Shown here piece by piece: positions 28,402-38,378 of a stretch of 64,000 nt of DNA; position 1 is the stretch's first letter, and each line of letters begins with the position of its first letter. The DNA comes from Armatimonadota bacterium (GTDB lineage Bacteria > Armatimonadota > Fimbriimonadia > Fimbriimonadales > Fimbriimonadaceae). The stretch covers positions 1-64,000 of the forward strand of contig JANNQV010000027.1 of NCBI GenBank assembly GCA_031400935.1. The letters run 5' to 3'. Both the position numbers and the translations under genes were made by a program. The notes under the pieces are model-generated. The model was given only the letters and a program-made list of their open reading frames with translations, did no database searches and was not told where the DNA came from.

Positions 28402-30867
28402 CTACGGCGAGACTGTCCAAACCGTTCGGTCAATTCTCTCGGTCCAGCCATCAATGTCACTGACGTCCGCCTGAGGAACCCACCTGAGCCTTGAGCGCAT
28501 TTCTCGTGTCCCAGCTTGAACAAACCTGCTTTGGTTAGATGGAATCACGATATTTACAGTGCTATCTGCGAGGGTGGAAACTCGCACATTCACCGATTCA
28601 AACAAGCCTGTCGTGTAGTTGAACAGATGCGTGAATTCGGTGAGATCGTTTCTCGAAGCTTGAGTTTCGATGGTAAAGGTCAATGCCGAAGTTGTAGCGA
28701 ACGGTGAAGTTCCAACCACGACCATTTCTCCGATGGCGTCGAATTCATCGTTCAGGATGAAAACATAGCTGTTGTTGCTTGTAAACAGATCGCCCAAGAC
28801 TCCGCCAAAATCAAGTCCGGCAGTGATGGTATATGACCCCGGAGTCACAACGGCAGAGCTTGCATTTACTGTGAACACGTTGTTCGCCGTAATGAATTGC
28901 CCGTCTGGATTCGTAATCGTAAGATTACGCAGTCCTGTTGCCGCTCCTGGTGCAATGGTGATGTTCAACGTGAATTGAGCAGGGTTGTTCGCGTAGGTCA
29001 CCGTATTCACATTAATTCCAGTGCCACTGAATGCTGCAGCAAGTCTGCCATTGAATCCATTGCCCGGATCAAAGAAGCCAGTCCCGCCAGCCGTTGTTCC
29101 GTTGACTACGACGTTCAAAGTAGCACCCTGATTGGCGTTGTTGGGAAGGATTGAAGCGAATGCGGCTGGTGCGGGTGCCGTCATCTGAATCACGCGAATC
29201 GCCCAAGAATTGGTTGCATTGCAATATTCTTGGAAAGTCCACATGGTCATTCCATCGTGGGGATCAAGCACGGTGTTGCTGTAATCGCCCCATCGTTGAG
29301 TTCCAGATGTCTGGACATTGTAGTTCGTCGATGAAGTTATCGCCAAGGCCGGTGCGACCATAGAACCGAGTGCATCGTTTGAAAGTCTTGTTGCATATCC
29401 TACCGATGCCTGTAACAAAGCACCTGCCGCACTTGTACCTAATATGCTGTGACCTTGCATTGAAGTCCCAATTGAAGGCATCCAATATCCGCGCATATTC
29501 GATGCTGCTGGATCGAACATCGTCCCACTTTGCCTTAAAGTCGGAGTCGCCAATGTCAAGTTATCAATTTCATACCAACGAGAACCATTTCTGTTACCCG
29601 CAGTATTGCCAATGCCGCCAGCTGTAACTTCAAAGTTGTGAGAGGTCCAAATGCTTTTTCGGCCACTATTCTTGTCGAAGAATATTTTTGCTGCAAGTAA
29701 TCTTTCATCACTGAGGGCATCAAGCGGTCGTGTGCTTCCCAAAGCATTCTGCACTTGAGGAAAAACGGTGACCGGAACATTTATGTTTATGGCAGAGGAG
29801 AAGCTTGGTGTTGCTCCTGGAGTGGTTATCTTATGCAAAACCAACTGTGAAAAGACTGCCGCGCTCACGCCAATGAAATAGCCTGTCGTTTCCGCAGCAT
29901 CCCAGTTGTCGCACCCATGTCCAACATATATTCCCGTCGAATTTGTTCCGATTGACCTTGCAGGCGTAACAACCAAACTGTTCGCAAGCAACGCTGATTT
30001 GCGGATGACAAAGAGTGTGTTGCCAATGTAAACAGGTGGATTTGGGATCAAATCAAACATAGATCCGCCAACATAAATTGCGTTTGCATCAACCCCAAGT
30101 GATGGATAGTCAAGAAACTTGCCGGTATTCGAATTTGGGGTAGTTCCAACCAAGTCTTGTTGAAATTGGAAAAACGTAAACGAGGTCGAATTTGTGATCG
30201 TTGCCCCGCTGCTCATTGCAATAAGCAATCTGTTCGGATTGCTAAGATTGATTGCAACAACAAACCACCTTCCGGAGATCGGATCGAAGGTGCACTTTGG
30301 ATCTGAAATGCCTGTGCCAGCGTGAACGGATGCAAAAAAGTTGTCAACGTTCATATTGAGCCCACCGACAGCTCCAGCTTTCGAAAAAACGCGAATCCAG
30401 TTATTGCTAACTACAAGAACTTGTGTTGGGCTAACGGCACCCATCGTATCGGGCGGAATCGCACCTCCATCAGCCGAAGAGCCTCCGTTGAAATTTGTGC
30501 CAACCGCGTATACAGGAGAATTTCGCTGGGATTGAATTTCAGCTACGAGGCTTCGAGGCGGCCATTGACTTGTATAGGGTGCCTTCGGATTTTGAGGAAG
30601 CCCAGAACGATCTGGCCACTTTTCTTTGTCCGGCGAAATGAGGACGTTGTCCTTTTCGTCCTTGATAAAGTCCTTAGTTCTTGGGTACATGCCCAATTGT
30701 TCTTTCAGCATCATCTCGGCGACGGGAATGGTTATTCCGGGACCGCAATCCGTTGGAACGCCCTTCGTCCAAGTAACTGGGCGATTGGCCTGCGCAAATG
30801 CACTTTGAGCCACTGCAAGCAAAAAGACGCCGCAAATCGGCGCAACAACTCGAATACTAAACCTCAT
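28402..30867 (-). CDS. Large secreted beta-rich protein (PPD/RWGDY domain, IPT/TIG-like domain, unnamed C-terminal domain)
   Basis: Signal ending AFA. PPDTMGAV, DYPSLG, RWYEI, RWGDYS motifs. TIG-like GLRNLTITNPDGQ. SD aggag upstream. Confidence 0.8.
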   Translation of the reverse strand: MRFSIRVVAPICGVFLLAVAQSAFAQANRPVTWTKGVPTDCGPGITIPVAEMMLKEQLGMYPRTKDFIKDEKDNVLISPDKEKWPDRSGLPQNPKAPYTSQWPPRSLVAEIQSQRNSPVYAVGTNFNGGSSADGGAIPPDTMGAVSPTQVLVVSNNWIRVFSKAGAVGGLNMNVDNFFASVHAGTGISDPKCTFDPISGRWFVVAINLSNPNRLLIAMSSGATITNSTSFTFFQFQQDLVGTTPNSNTGKFLDYPSLGVDANAIYVGGSMFDLIPNPPVYIGNTLFVIRKSALLANSLVVTPARSIGTNSTGIYVGHGCDNWDAAETTGYFIGVSAAVFSQLVLHKITTPGATPSFSSAININVPVTVFPQVQNALGSTRPLDALSDERLLAAKIFFDKNSGRKSIWTSHNFEVTAGGIGNTAGNRNGSRWYEIDNLTLATPTLRQSGTMFDPAASNMRGYWMPSIGTSMQGHSILGTSAAGALLQASVGYATRLSNDALGSMVAPALAITSSTNYNVQTSGTQRWGDYSNTVLDPHDGMTMWTFQEYCNATNSWAIRVIQMTAPAPAAFASILPNNANQGATLNVVVNGTTAGGTGFFDPGNGFNGRLAAAFSGTGINVNTVTYANNPAQFTLNITIAPGAATGLRNLTITNPDGQFITANNVFTVNASSAVVTPGSYTITAGLDFGGVLGDLFTSNNSYVFILNDEFDAIGEMVVVGTSPFATTSALTFTIETQASRNDLTEFTHLFNYTTGLFESVNVRVSTLADSTVNIVIPSNQSRFVQAGTREMRSRLRWVPQADVSDIDGWTERIDRTVWTVSP

Positions 30868-31081
30868 TTCTCAATTCTCCTAACCCTGAATTTGTACCAA
30901 CACAAAATGCGACGCATCGGTAGAGTGGGTCGCAACACATTTGTTAACGTAACCATGACGATTGTCAAATGACTATTCGTTCGTAATAGTTTAGCGTCAA
31001 TCTGACCGAATTCCACACACTTTAATGCAAGAAAGTTAGTTAGGTGAAAAACCTGGTAATTGCTTCATCCCGGTACATTTT

Positions 31082-32884
31082 CTAGGTGCGAACACCTTCA
31101 TCATTGACTGAAAACTGTTCTTGATAAAGCTTGGCGTAAAGGCCGTTGAGCTTGAGTAACTCCTTGTGCTTTCCAGACTCGACAATCTGTCCTTTGTCTA
31201 AAACTAAGATTTGATCCGCTGCCAAGATGGTAGAGAGACGGTGCGCGATAGCAAACGTAGTTCGGCCTTTCATGAGTTCATTCAACGAGTTTTGAATGAC
31301 TCGTTCGCTTGCCGTGTCCAGGGCAGAAGTTGCTTCGTCTAGAATCAAGATTTTAGGATTCTTGAGAATTGCACGGGCAATTGCCAATCGTTGTTTTTCA
31401 CCACCGGAAAGCTTGTAACCGCGCTCGCCGACTATTGTTTCGGATTTCTCGGCAAGCCCTGAAATATGTTCATGAATTGCGGCGAGTTTGCAGGCTTCGA
31501 TCAACTCTTCATCGGTCGCTTCTGGTTTGGCTACGAGAAGGTTTTCTTTGATGGTAGTGTGCAACAAATAGGTTTCTTGAGTGACTGCGCCAACGGCCTT
31601 GCCTAACGATTCCAGCTTCAAGTCTCGAAGGTCAATTCCGTCGAGAAGGACGGAGCCTTCATCTGGATCGTAAAGCCTTGGGATGAGGTAGGTGAGCGTG
31701 GTCTTTCCAGCTCCTGAAGGGCCGACCAAAGCAACTAATTGCCCCGGCTCAGCTACAAAGTTGATATTTTTCAAAGTCCAGTTTTCGGCATCTGTTTCGT
31801 ATTTGAAGGAAATATTGCGAAATTCAATCTTTCCCTCGACATTTGGAATCGGGACCGCATCTGGCTTATCGTCAATGTCTCGCGGCAAGTCAAGGTATTG
31901 AAAAATCCTTTCAAAAAGGGCAAATGAACTTAAAATCTCCACCTGGGCACCCATGAGCCCAGTCAAAGGAAAGAACAGCCTTGCTTGAAGCCCCGTAAAC
32001 GCAACGATTTCGCCGACGGTAATGCTCGTGTCGCCATTCTTGACCATGAGCCAGCCTGCAAGCCAATAAACCAGTGTCGGTGCGAACTGAGTGATCAGGC
32101 GAATCATCCCGAAAAACAAATACTGAAGAACATTTGCCTTGACTTGCCACTTTCCTAATTCTTGGTTCTCATGGTCAAAACGGTCGGAAAGCACGTGCTG
32201 GTTGCCAGCCGTTTTGGTAAGCAAAATTCCGCTTACGGAAAGCGTTTCTTGCATCATCGAGTTGAGTTCGCTCGTTTGCTCCTGGACGCCAGTTCGCACG
32301 TTACGCGCAAAATCTCCGATGAATTTCCCGAAAAACCCGAAGAACGGAATCATGACAACGGATAGTAGGGTTAGCCGCCAATCAAGCAGCATCATTGCGG
32401 AAAAAGTTGATATAACAATCGCTATATTTGAAAGCTGATCCGTAATCGTGCTGCTGACAACTGTCTGAACACCAGCTACATCACTAATAAGTCGGGTCTG
32501 AATATCGCCTGTCCGAGTGCTCGTAAAAAATTTAAGCGACATGTTCTGCAGGTGATTGAATAGCGAATTTCGCATGTCGCACATGATCCGCTGGCCGATA
32601 ATCACGCTCCAATATCCGTAGAGAAGCGTCAATCCGGCTCCGAAAAGCACGGCCACCAGCGTGTAAACCGAATAGACACCGACGACTCCTAAATCTCTCG
32701 CCAACACACCTTTGTCAATAATGATTTGAACAAAAAAAGCTGGAAGAATGCCAATTGCTGTGCCAATGAGAACAGCAATTCCCGTCAGGATTACGTCGCG
32801 CTTGTGCGGCCCAAAGAGGCCAATGATGCGTTTGAGCAATGCGCGATCGAGTTGCTTTTTTGTTTGATTTGTTGGGTCTGACAT
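31082..32884 (-). CDS. ABC transporter, fused permease/ATPase (type IV exporter)
   Basis: TM domain followed by GPSGAGKT, LSGGEKQR, ILDEATSALD, IAHRLST. Confidence 0.95.
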   Translation of the reverse strand: MSDPTNQTKKQLDRALLKRIIGLFGPHKRDVILTGIAVLIGTAIGILPAFFVQIIIDKGVLARDLGVVGVYSVYTLVAVLFGAGLTLLYGYWSVIIGQRIMCDMRNSLFNHLQNMSLKFFTSTRTGDIQTRLISDVAGVQTVVSSTITDQLSNIAIVISTFSAMMLLDWRLTLLSVVMIPFFGFFGKFIGDFARNVRTGVQEQTSELNSMMQETLSVSGILLTKTAGNQHVLSDRFDHENQELGKWQVKANVLQYLFFGMIRLITQFAPTLVYWLAGWLMVKNGDTSITVGEIVAFTGLQARLFFPLTGLMGAQVEILSSFALFERIFQYLDLPRDIDDKPDAVPIPNVEGKIEFRNISFKYETDAENWTLKNINFVAEPGQLVALVGPSGAGKTTLTYLIPRLYDPDEGSVLLDGIDLRDLKLESLGKAVGAVTQETYLLHTTIKENLLVAKPEATDEELIEACKLAAIHEHISGLAEKSETIVGERGYKLSGGEKQRLAIARAILKNPKILILDEATSALDTASERVIQNSLNELMKGRTTFAIAHRLSTILAADQILVLDKGQIVESGKHKELLKLNGLYAKLYQEQFSVNDEGVRT

Positions 32885-32911
32885 ACGAACTTGCGAAGGT
32901 TACCTAGCCAA

Positions 32912-32941
32912 TTTGGGAGTGCGCGGGCTTGACCGCGCTTT
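32912..32941 (+). repeat. REP family B single copy
   Basis: tttgggagtgcgcgggcttgaccgcgcttt, near-identical to the arms at 12433-12550. Confidence 0.75.
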
Positions 32942-33010
32942 CGCTGCAATGTTCGGGTTAGCTCGGCTTGGTTCGCAGGTCCGGACTTGTTCGGCACGAA
33001 TCCCGACAAC

Positions 33011-33040
33011 TCCGAACAAACCCGAACAAATCCGAACAAA
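33011..33040 (+). repeat. 10-bp tandem repeat x3
   Basis: tccgaacaaa cccgaacaaa tccgaacaaa. Confidence 0.7.
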
Positions 33041-33042
33041 AC

Positions 33043-34425
33043 TTACTTGCTTGAAATCCCCTCTTCTGAGATCATCCAACACAGCAAAGCCAACGCATTT
33101 GCACCCAGTTGCAGTTCTCGCGGATTCACTTTGTCGAGAGTATCGTTATGCGAATGGTGGTAGTCAAAATATCGCTGGCTTTCAGGTTCTAGTCCGAAAA
33201 GTACGGCTCCTAGCGGTCCTAGCGGCCCGACATCGGCGCCACCCCCGCCGCCAGGCGTAAGGCGATCTACTTCAAAAACCCTAAGAGCAGGTTCCCACTT
33301 TGCGAGCCGTTTGAGCTTCTTCGCATCAAACGAGCAGCTAATATTTCGCGGAGCGAATCCACCCGCGTCTGATTCGATGGCAGCAATGTGCTTTTCCTTG
33401 GCATTCTTGGCATATGTTGCATAAGCCGCTGCGCCGCGTCCCATAGATTCCTCGTTCGCAAAAAGCACAGCACGAATCGTGCGCTTTGGCTTCAAGCCAA
33501 GCTCTTTGATCAATCTCAGTGCCTCTAATGCATGAACTACCCCAGCACCGTCATCGTGTGCCCCAGTGCCTTTGTCCCAACTGTCTAAGTGCCCTCCGAT
33601 TACAATCACTTCTTCTGGCTTTTCGCTTCCCACGATTTCGCCAATGACATTTGCGCTGGGCACGTCTGGCAGGGTCTCGCAGCTTAGGACTAGCTTTAAC
33701 CGAACTTGGATTCCTGTTCCCAAGGCTTTTGCTAGGTAGTTGGCGGACTGAACACCTAATGCCGCCGCAGGAATCTTTGGAACTCCCTCTTCATATCGCA
33801 TTGTGCCGGTATGGGGTTCATCGTCATTCATTGTTGATACTGATCGAATAACGACCGCAACAGCGCCAAGCTTTGCTCCGGCTACTGCACCGCGAACCCT
33901 TTGCTGAACTGCAACTCCATAGGAGGCCCCTGTGCGAATGTTCTCAGGAGGCATAGCGCCGCTGAGGAAGAGAATTTTCCCCTTCACCTTTTCGCCAAGC
34001 TTTGCAGCTTCATCGGGCGAGCTAGCTTCGATAACTTCTGCGAAAATTCCACCAGCTGGAGTTTGCACACTTCCGCCGAGCGCTGTGCAATTGAGCTTTG
34101 TCGTACCGTCTCCATGTCCAAATAGCATTGCTTCCTCTTGCTTGCCACGCACCCAATGAGGAACCATGCATGGCATGTTTTTCACATTTTGAAAACCGAG
34201 TTTTTCCATGGTTTTCGTGCCCCAAACAACAGCCTTGGCATCGCCTTCTGATCCGCTGAGCCTGGAGCCGACCGTGGTTGTTAGGTCGCGAAGCATTTCG
34301 AATGCGTGGAGTTCTGTCATCCCTTTGACTCGAATTGAGTCAACGACTTTGTCGTATTTCCCTTCAAACGTCGTTGAAGTTGGCGAAATGGAAGCGGCAA
34401 CTGCAAAAGCAAGTAGCAAACTCAT
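33043..34425 (-). CDS. M28 metallopeptidase (carboxypeptidase Q-like, PA domain), exported
   Basis: GGHLDSWD, GAHDDGAG, ANEE, ESD, YHHSHNDT. Signal peptide present. Confidence 0.9.
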   Translation of the reverse strand: MSLLLAFAVAASISPTSTTFEGKYDKVVDSIRVKGMTELHAFEMLRDLTTTVGSRLSGSEGDAKAVVWGTKTMEKLGFQNVKNMPCMVPHWVRGKQEEAMLFGHGDGTTKLNCTALGGSVQTPAGGIFAEVIEASSPDEAAKLGEKVKGKILFLSGAMPPENIRTGASYGVAVQQRVRGAVAGAKLGAVAVVIRSVSTMNDDEPHTGTMRYEEGVPKIPAAALGVQSANYLAKALGTGIQVRLKLVLSCETLPDVPSANVIGEIVGSEKPEEVIVIGGHLDSWDKGTGAHDDGAGVVHALEALRLIKELGLKPKRTIRAVLFANEESMGRGAAAYATYAKNAKEKHIAAIESDAGGFAPRNISCSFDAKKLKRLAKWEPALRVFEVDRLTPGGGGGADVGPLGPLGAVLFGLEPESQRYFDYHHSHNDTLDKVNPRELQLGANALALLCWMISEEGISSK

Positions 34426-34489
34426 TCTTGGAATCTATCCGAAAACAGTCTCCCTTTGCCAGGGGAACAAGATGAATGGACGCAAGAGT

Positions 34490-36850
34490 TTATTCTCCAG
34501 CCGGAGTCCAAATGTTTTTGACTTGGGTTGCCCGGCGTAATGCCTCTCTTTCAAATGCAGGACTTGTCCAGTCGCAATATTGAGAATCAACGCACCAGGT
34601 CTGTTTCAGATTGCTAATCGAAAGCGACTCAATCTTAGTAGTCAAATCATTGGAACCGAACGACCAAAGCCCATCCATTCCCTCATGCTCAGCCATAATT
34701 TTGGCGAGTTCCTTCGTGGGTCCGGAAACCAGATTGGCGACCCCAGCTGGCACATCAGAGGTCTCCAGAACTTGGACGAATTCCATCATCGGGATGGCAT
34801 TGATCTCGCTCGGAATTGCAACAACGGTGTTCGCCATGGCGATTCCCAGGGCTACCGGAGCAACGCAACCGAGGAGGATTTGATCAGGTGAACACACGAT
34901 CCCAAGAGTCCCTACTGGGTCGTTTCTAGTGTAAACCAGGCCGGAAAATGCGGCTGAATGAACTTGCCCGTCGAATTTGTCGGCCCAAGCCGCTGCCCGA
35001 AACAGGCAATTCGTAGTCTTTCGGACCTCAGCATCGGCTTTCTGTAGCGATTGATATGCAAATGCTAGCAAATCAACAAAATCTGCCTTTCTCACATCAA
35101 AATTCTCAGCCAAAAAGTACAGAATTTGGGCTCGAGCGTGGTGGCAAGACTTGCACCAAGTGCTTTGAGCGTTAATCGCCGATTCGACAGCGTTTCGAAT
35201 GTCTTTGCGGTTACCGCGGGCAACTTCGCCCATTCGCTTTCCCGTGACCAAAATTTCGTCGCTGTATCCACCATCTGGCCTAGCTTGCTTTCCACCGATG
35301 TACTGCTTGTAAGTTCGATCAATTCCAATTTTGAGTTCAATTGACTCGGTTTTGAAGACTTCGGATTTAGGTGTCGCTGGTTTGCGAAGCGCGACGTATT
35401 CGTACATTCCCTCTTTGCCGCCTTCACGCCCAAATCCACTTTCTCGGTATCCGCCGAATCCAACGGCGGCATCAAATTGGTTTGTGCAGTTGATCCAAAC
35501 CGTGCCTGCCTTGATGTTTCCAGCAATATCGTGTGCAAGATTTATGTTTTCAGTCCAAAGGCTTGAAGCCAATCCGAACACGGTGTTGTTGGCGAGGGCA
35601 ATGGCTTCAGCGGGGTTTTTGAACGTCATTGCGACTAAAACAGGCCCAAAAATTTCAACCTGTGCCACAGTTGAAGACGGCGAAACATTTGTGAGAAGCG
35701 TCGGCGGATAGAACCATCCTTTTTCTGGTAGCGAGCATTTCGGTTGAAACTTGGCCGCACCTTCGCTGACCCCGGTTTCAACCAATTCAGCTATTCTTGC
35801 GAGCTGAATTGAATCTACGATAGCGCCGATGTCTATTGCCTTATCAAGCGGATCGCCGACCCTGAGGGTTTCCATGCGCCTTTTCAACTTTGTCAGGAAC
35901 CGGCCGGAAACTCCTTCATGCACCAAGAGCCTCGATCCAGCGCAGCAAACTTGACCTTGGTTGAACCATATAGCGTCCACTACACCTTCAACCGCCGAAT
36001 CTAAATCGGCATCTTCGAAAACGATAAACGGTGACTTTCCGCCCAGTTCGAGTGAAAGTTTTTTGCCGCTTCCGGCGGTTGCCTCACGAATGATTCTGCC
36101 AACTTCTGTTGAGCCAGTAAATGCGATTTTTGAAATTTCGGGATGCTCAACTAGCAGTTTGCCTGTTTCGCCGCCGCCCGTTATGATGTTGACGACTCCT
36201 GGCGGAACACCGGCAACTTCGCAGATCTCAGCAAAGAGAATCGCCGTTAGGGAAGTGAATTCAGCTGGTTTCAAAACAACGCAGTTTCCGGCGGCAAGGG
36301 CTGGAGCAATCTTCCAAGACAGCATCAAAAGCGGAAAGTTCCAGGGAATAATCTGCCCGACGACTCCAAGAGGTTCATAGCCTTCAAACTCGGTGCCAAC
36401 AAGCTGCGCCCAGCCTGCGTGATGGTAGAAATGCCGAATCACGAGCGGAATATCAATATCGCGGGTTTCCCGGATCGGCTTGCCGTTATCCAAAGACTCC
36501 AAAGTTGCAAACAACCTCGAGTGTTTTTGAATTTGGCGAGCAATAGCGTAGAGCACCTTAGCGCGATCAATAGGCGGCCGAGTTGACCAATCTTTGAATG
36601 CTGTTTTGGCGGCGGCGACGGCATTGTCAACATCGTTTTTGTTCGCCACGGCAAGTTGCGCAAGTTCAGTTGCGTTTGACGGGCAGAAGGTCGCCATCCA
36701 TTCGTTTGAACTTGGAGCAACCCACGTTCCGCCCATGAAAAGGCCGAATTTGCGGTCGTGAGCGGCGATCCAAGCTTCTGCCTCGCTCCCTGATTCGGGA
36801 GCGGGACCATATTCCATCGTGGCAAAGAGTTCTTTGACTCCGGGCGTCAT
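34490..36850 (-). CDS. Aldehyde dehydrogenase, ALDH16-type (extra C-terminal Rossmann domain)
   Basis: 786 aa. IIPWNFP, FTGST, LELGGK, catalytic GQVCCAG, then a second partial ALDH domain starting RTYKQYIGGKQARPD. Confidence 0.9.
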   Translation of the reverse strand: MTPGVKELFATMEYGPAPESGSEAEAWIAAHDRKFGLFMGGTWVAPSSNEWMATFCPSNATELAQLAVANKNDVDNAVAAAKTAFKDWSTRPPIDRAKVLYAIARQIQKHSRLFATLESLDNGKPIRETRDIDIPLVIRHFYHHAGWAQLVGTEFEGYEPLGVVGQIIPWNFPLLMLSWKIAPALAAGNCVVLKPAEFTSLTAILFAEICEVAGVPPGVVNIITGGGETGKLLVEHPEISKIAFTGSTEVGRIIREATAGSGKKLSLELGGKSPFIVFEDADLDSAVEGVVDAIWFNQGQVCCAGSRLLVHEGVSGRFLTKLKRRMETLRVGDPLDKAIDIGAIVDSIQLARIAELVETGVSEGAAKFQPKCSLPEKGWFYPPTLLTNVSPSSTVAQVEIFGPVLVAMTFKNPAEAIALANNTVFGLASSLWTENINLAHDIAGNIKAGTVWINCTNQFDAAVGFGGYRESGFGREGGKEGMYEYVALRKPATPKSEVFKTESIELKIGIDRTYKQYIGGKQARPDGGYSDEILVTGKRMGEVARGNRKDIRNAVESAINAQSTWCKSCHHARAQILYFLAENFDVRKADFVDLLAFAYQSLQKADAEVRKTTNCLFRAAAWADKFDGQVHSAAFSGLVYTRNDPVGTLGIVCSPDQILLGCVAPVALGIAMANTVVAIPSEINAIPMMEFVQVLETSDVPAGVANLVSGPTKELAKIMAEHEGMDGLWSFGSNDLTTKIESLSISNLKQTWCVDSQYCDWTSPAFEREALRRATQVKNIWTPAGE

Positions 36851-36906
36851 TCGGTTAGTTTACGCGAACTTGGCGAACTTTCGGGAAAACCGGGATACTT
36901 CTGGTC

Positions 36907-37575
36907 ATGCGGTGGAGCAATTTTCTTGTTTTTGGGGCGGTATTGGTTTGTGTTTCGTGCAGCTCGCCTGAAACAAAGCCGACATCGGATTCGGCGCTAA
37001 TTTCTACTGGCCCAAGGCATCCTGTTACGGAAAAAATGAGCGGCGTGACCTCAAAATTAGCTTCTTTGAAAGTTGCGAACTTTGAAGGAAATGATCTGAA
37101 TGGGAACGCAGTTGAACTTGAATCCATTCTCAAAAAAGGCCCCGCAATCGTATACTCGATCAAAGAGGGTTGCCCGTGCAGTACAGATTTCGAGCCATTT
37201 GCAAATTCATTTAGTAATCGCTATAGAAATCAAGTTACAGTTCTGGGAATCTATAACGAGAGCCCATCTGCGGGCAAAAAGTGGGCGGAGCAGCACAGTT
37301 CTGATCATCAGATCATCTCCGATCCTTCCCTAGATATTGTCAAACAATTGAAGCAAGAACGAAGCGTTTATGTGACTTTGATTGACCAAAGTGGACAAAT
37401 CGTAAAATCTTGGCCCGGCTATTCGAAGACAATGCTGTTAGAGCTCGACAAGCTAATCCAGGAGCTTGTTATCGTTAAGGTCCGGGCATTCGATACGGCG
37501 TATGCTCCCGTTGAGCTCGCTTCGGGGTGCCAACTTTTTGAAGGCGAGGGCTATGCCGAAGGCGATCTGCATTGA
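36907..37575 (+). CDS. AhpC/TSA (thioredoxin-fold) lipoprotein with CPC motif
   Basis: Lipobox CVSC, GCPCS, ISDP, LIDQSG.I.KSWPGY, C-terminal SGC. Confidence 0.7.
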   Translation: MRWSNFLVFGAVLVCVSCSSPETKPTSDSALISTGPRHPVTEKMSGVTSKLASLKVANFEGNDLNGNAVELESILKKGPAIVYSIKEGCPCSTDFEPFANSFSNRYRNQVTVLGIYNESPSAGKKWAEQHSSDHQIISDPSLDIVKQLKQERSVYVTLIDQSGQIVKSWPGYSKTMLLELDKLIQELVIVKVRAFDTAYAPVELASGCQLFEGEGYAEGDLH

Positions 37576-38165
37576 ACTCAATTTTCCTGAAACCAATTGA
37601 ACTTAGCGGGTCTTCAGTTCAGCTTCGGCCAATGGAGTTTTCCGACATTGACGACCTCTTTAAGGCCGGAAACCAAGATCAAGTCTGGGCCTTTACATTG
37701 GATTTTGCCGGGCAATCTAAGGAAGCCATGCAGAATTATGTAGCGACTGCTATGGAAAATCGGGATAAGGGCATCGAGCTTCCATTTGTTCAGATTCACA
37801 AAGATTCTGGCAAGATCATTGGTTCGACTCGCTACCACCTCACGGACCCGAATAGCCTAGAAATTGGCTGGACGTGGATTCATCCAGACTATCAGCGAAC
37901 CCGTGTCAATACAGAGTCAAAATTTTTGCTTCTCTGTCATGCGTTTGATACTCTGGGAGCGATTCGAGTTCAATTGAAGACTGACGATCGGAATCTCAAA
38001 TCGCAAAATGCAATTTTGCGAATTGGGGCGAAATTCGAGGGTGTTCTTCGATTAGATCGTTCGACGTGGGACGGGCACCGGCGGAGCACGCATATGTTCA
38101 GCATTCTGGTTGAAGAGTGGCCGGAAGTAAAAGGGAACTTGGAGGCAATGCTTACGGATCATTAA
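37572..38165 (+). CDS. GNAT N-acetyltransferase (RimJ/RimL family)
   Basis: LEIGWTW, QRTRVNTESK, RVQLKTD.RN..SQ, GAKFEGVLR. Confidence 0.9.
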   Translation: MNSIFLKPIELSGSSVQLRPMEFSDIDDLFKAGNQDQVWAFTLDFAGQSKEAMQNYVATAMENRDKGIELPFVQIHKDSGKIIGSTRYHLTDPNSLEIGWTWIHPDYQRTRVNTESKFLLLCHAFDTLGAIRVQLKTDDRNLKSQNAILRIGAKFEGVLRLDRSTWDGHRRSTHMFSILVEEWPEVKGNLEAMLTDH

Positions 38166-38290
38166 TATAAGGTGCGAACATGACATGTCGCGCGGAGCTA
38201 AGTCTGTAAACTTTGAAGGGTTTGCCTGAAAGTGGCTCCGCGGACCGGGATACGGAGCTTTGCTTTTGAAGCTTTCAATTTGGGTGAAAT

Positions 38291-38378
38291 GAGTGGCTCC
38301 GCGCTCCATTTTCAAGTGACTCCGCGCTCCATCGTCAGGTCACTTCCGCTTCATTTTCAGGTGAGTTCGAGCTCCGCT
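38291..38378 (+). repeat. Degenerate ~23-bp tandem repeats between convergent genes
   Basis: agtggctccgcgctccattttca / agtgactccgcgctccatcgtca / ggtcacttccgcttcattttca / ggtgagttcgagctcc. A further agtggctccgcg lies at 38231. Confidence 0.6.

Noticed and set aside
30322..30972. 216-aa plus-strand ORF
   Set aside because: Antisense to the secreted protein gene, with atypical composition.
38231..38378. Possible CRISPR array
   Set aside because: Units are degenerate and contiguous with no unique spacers, and there are no cas genes in the window.
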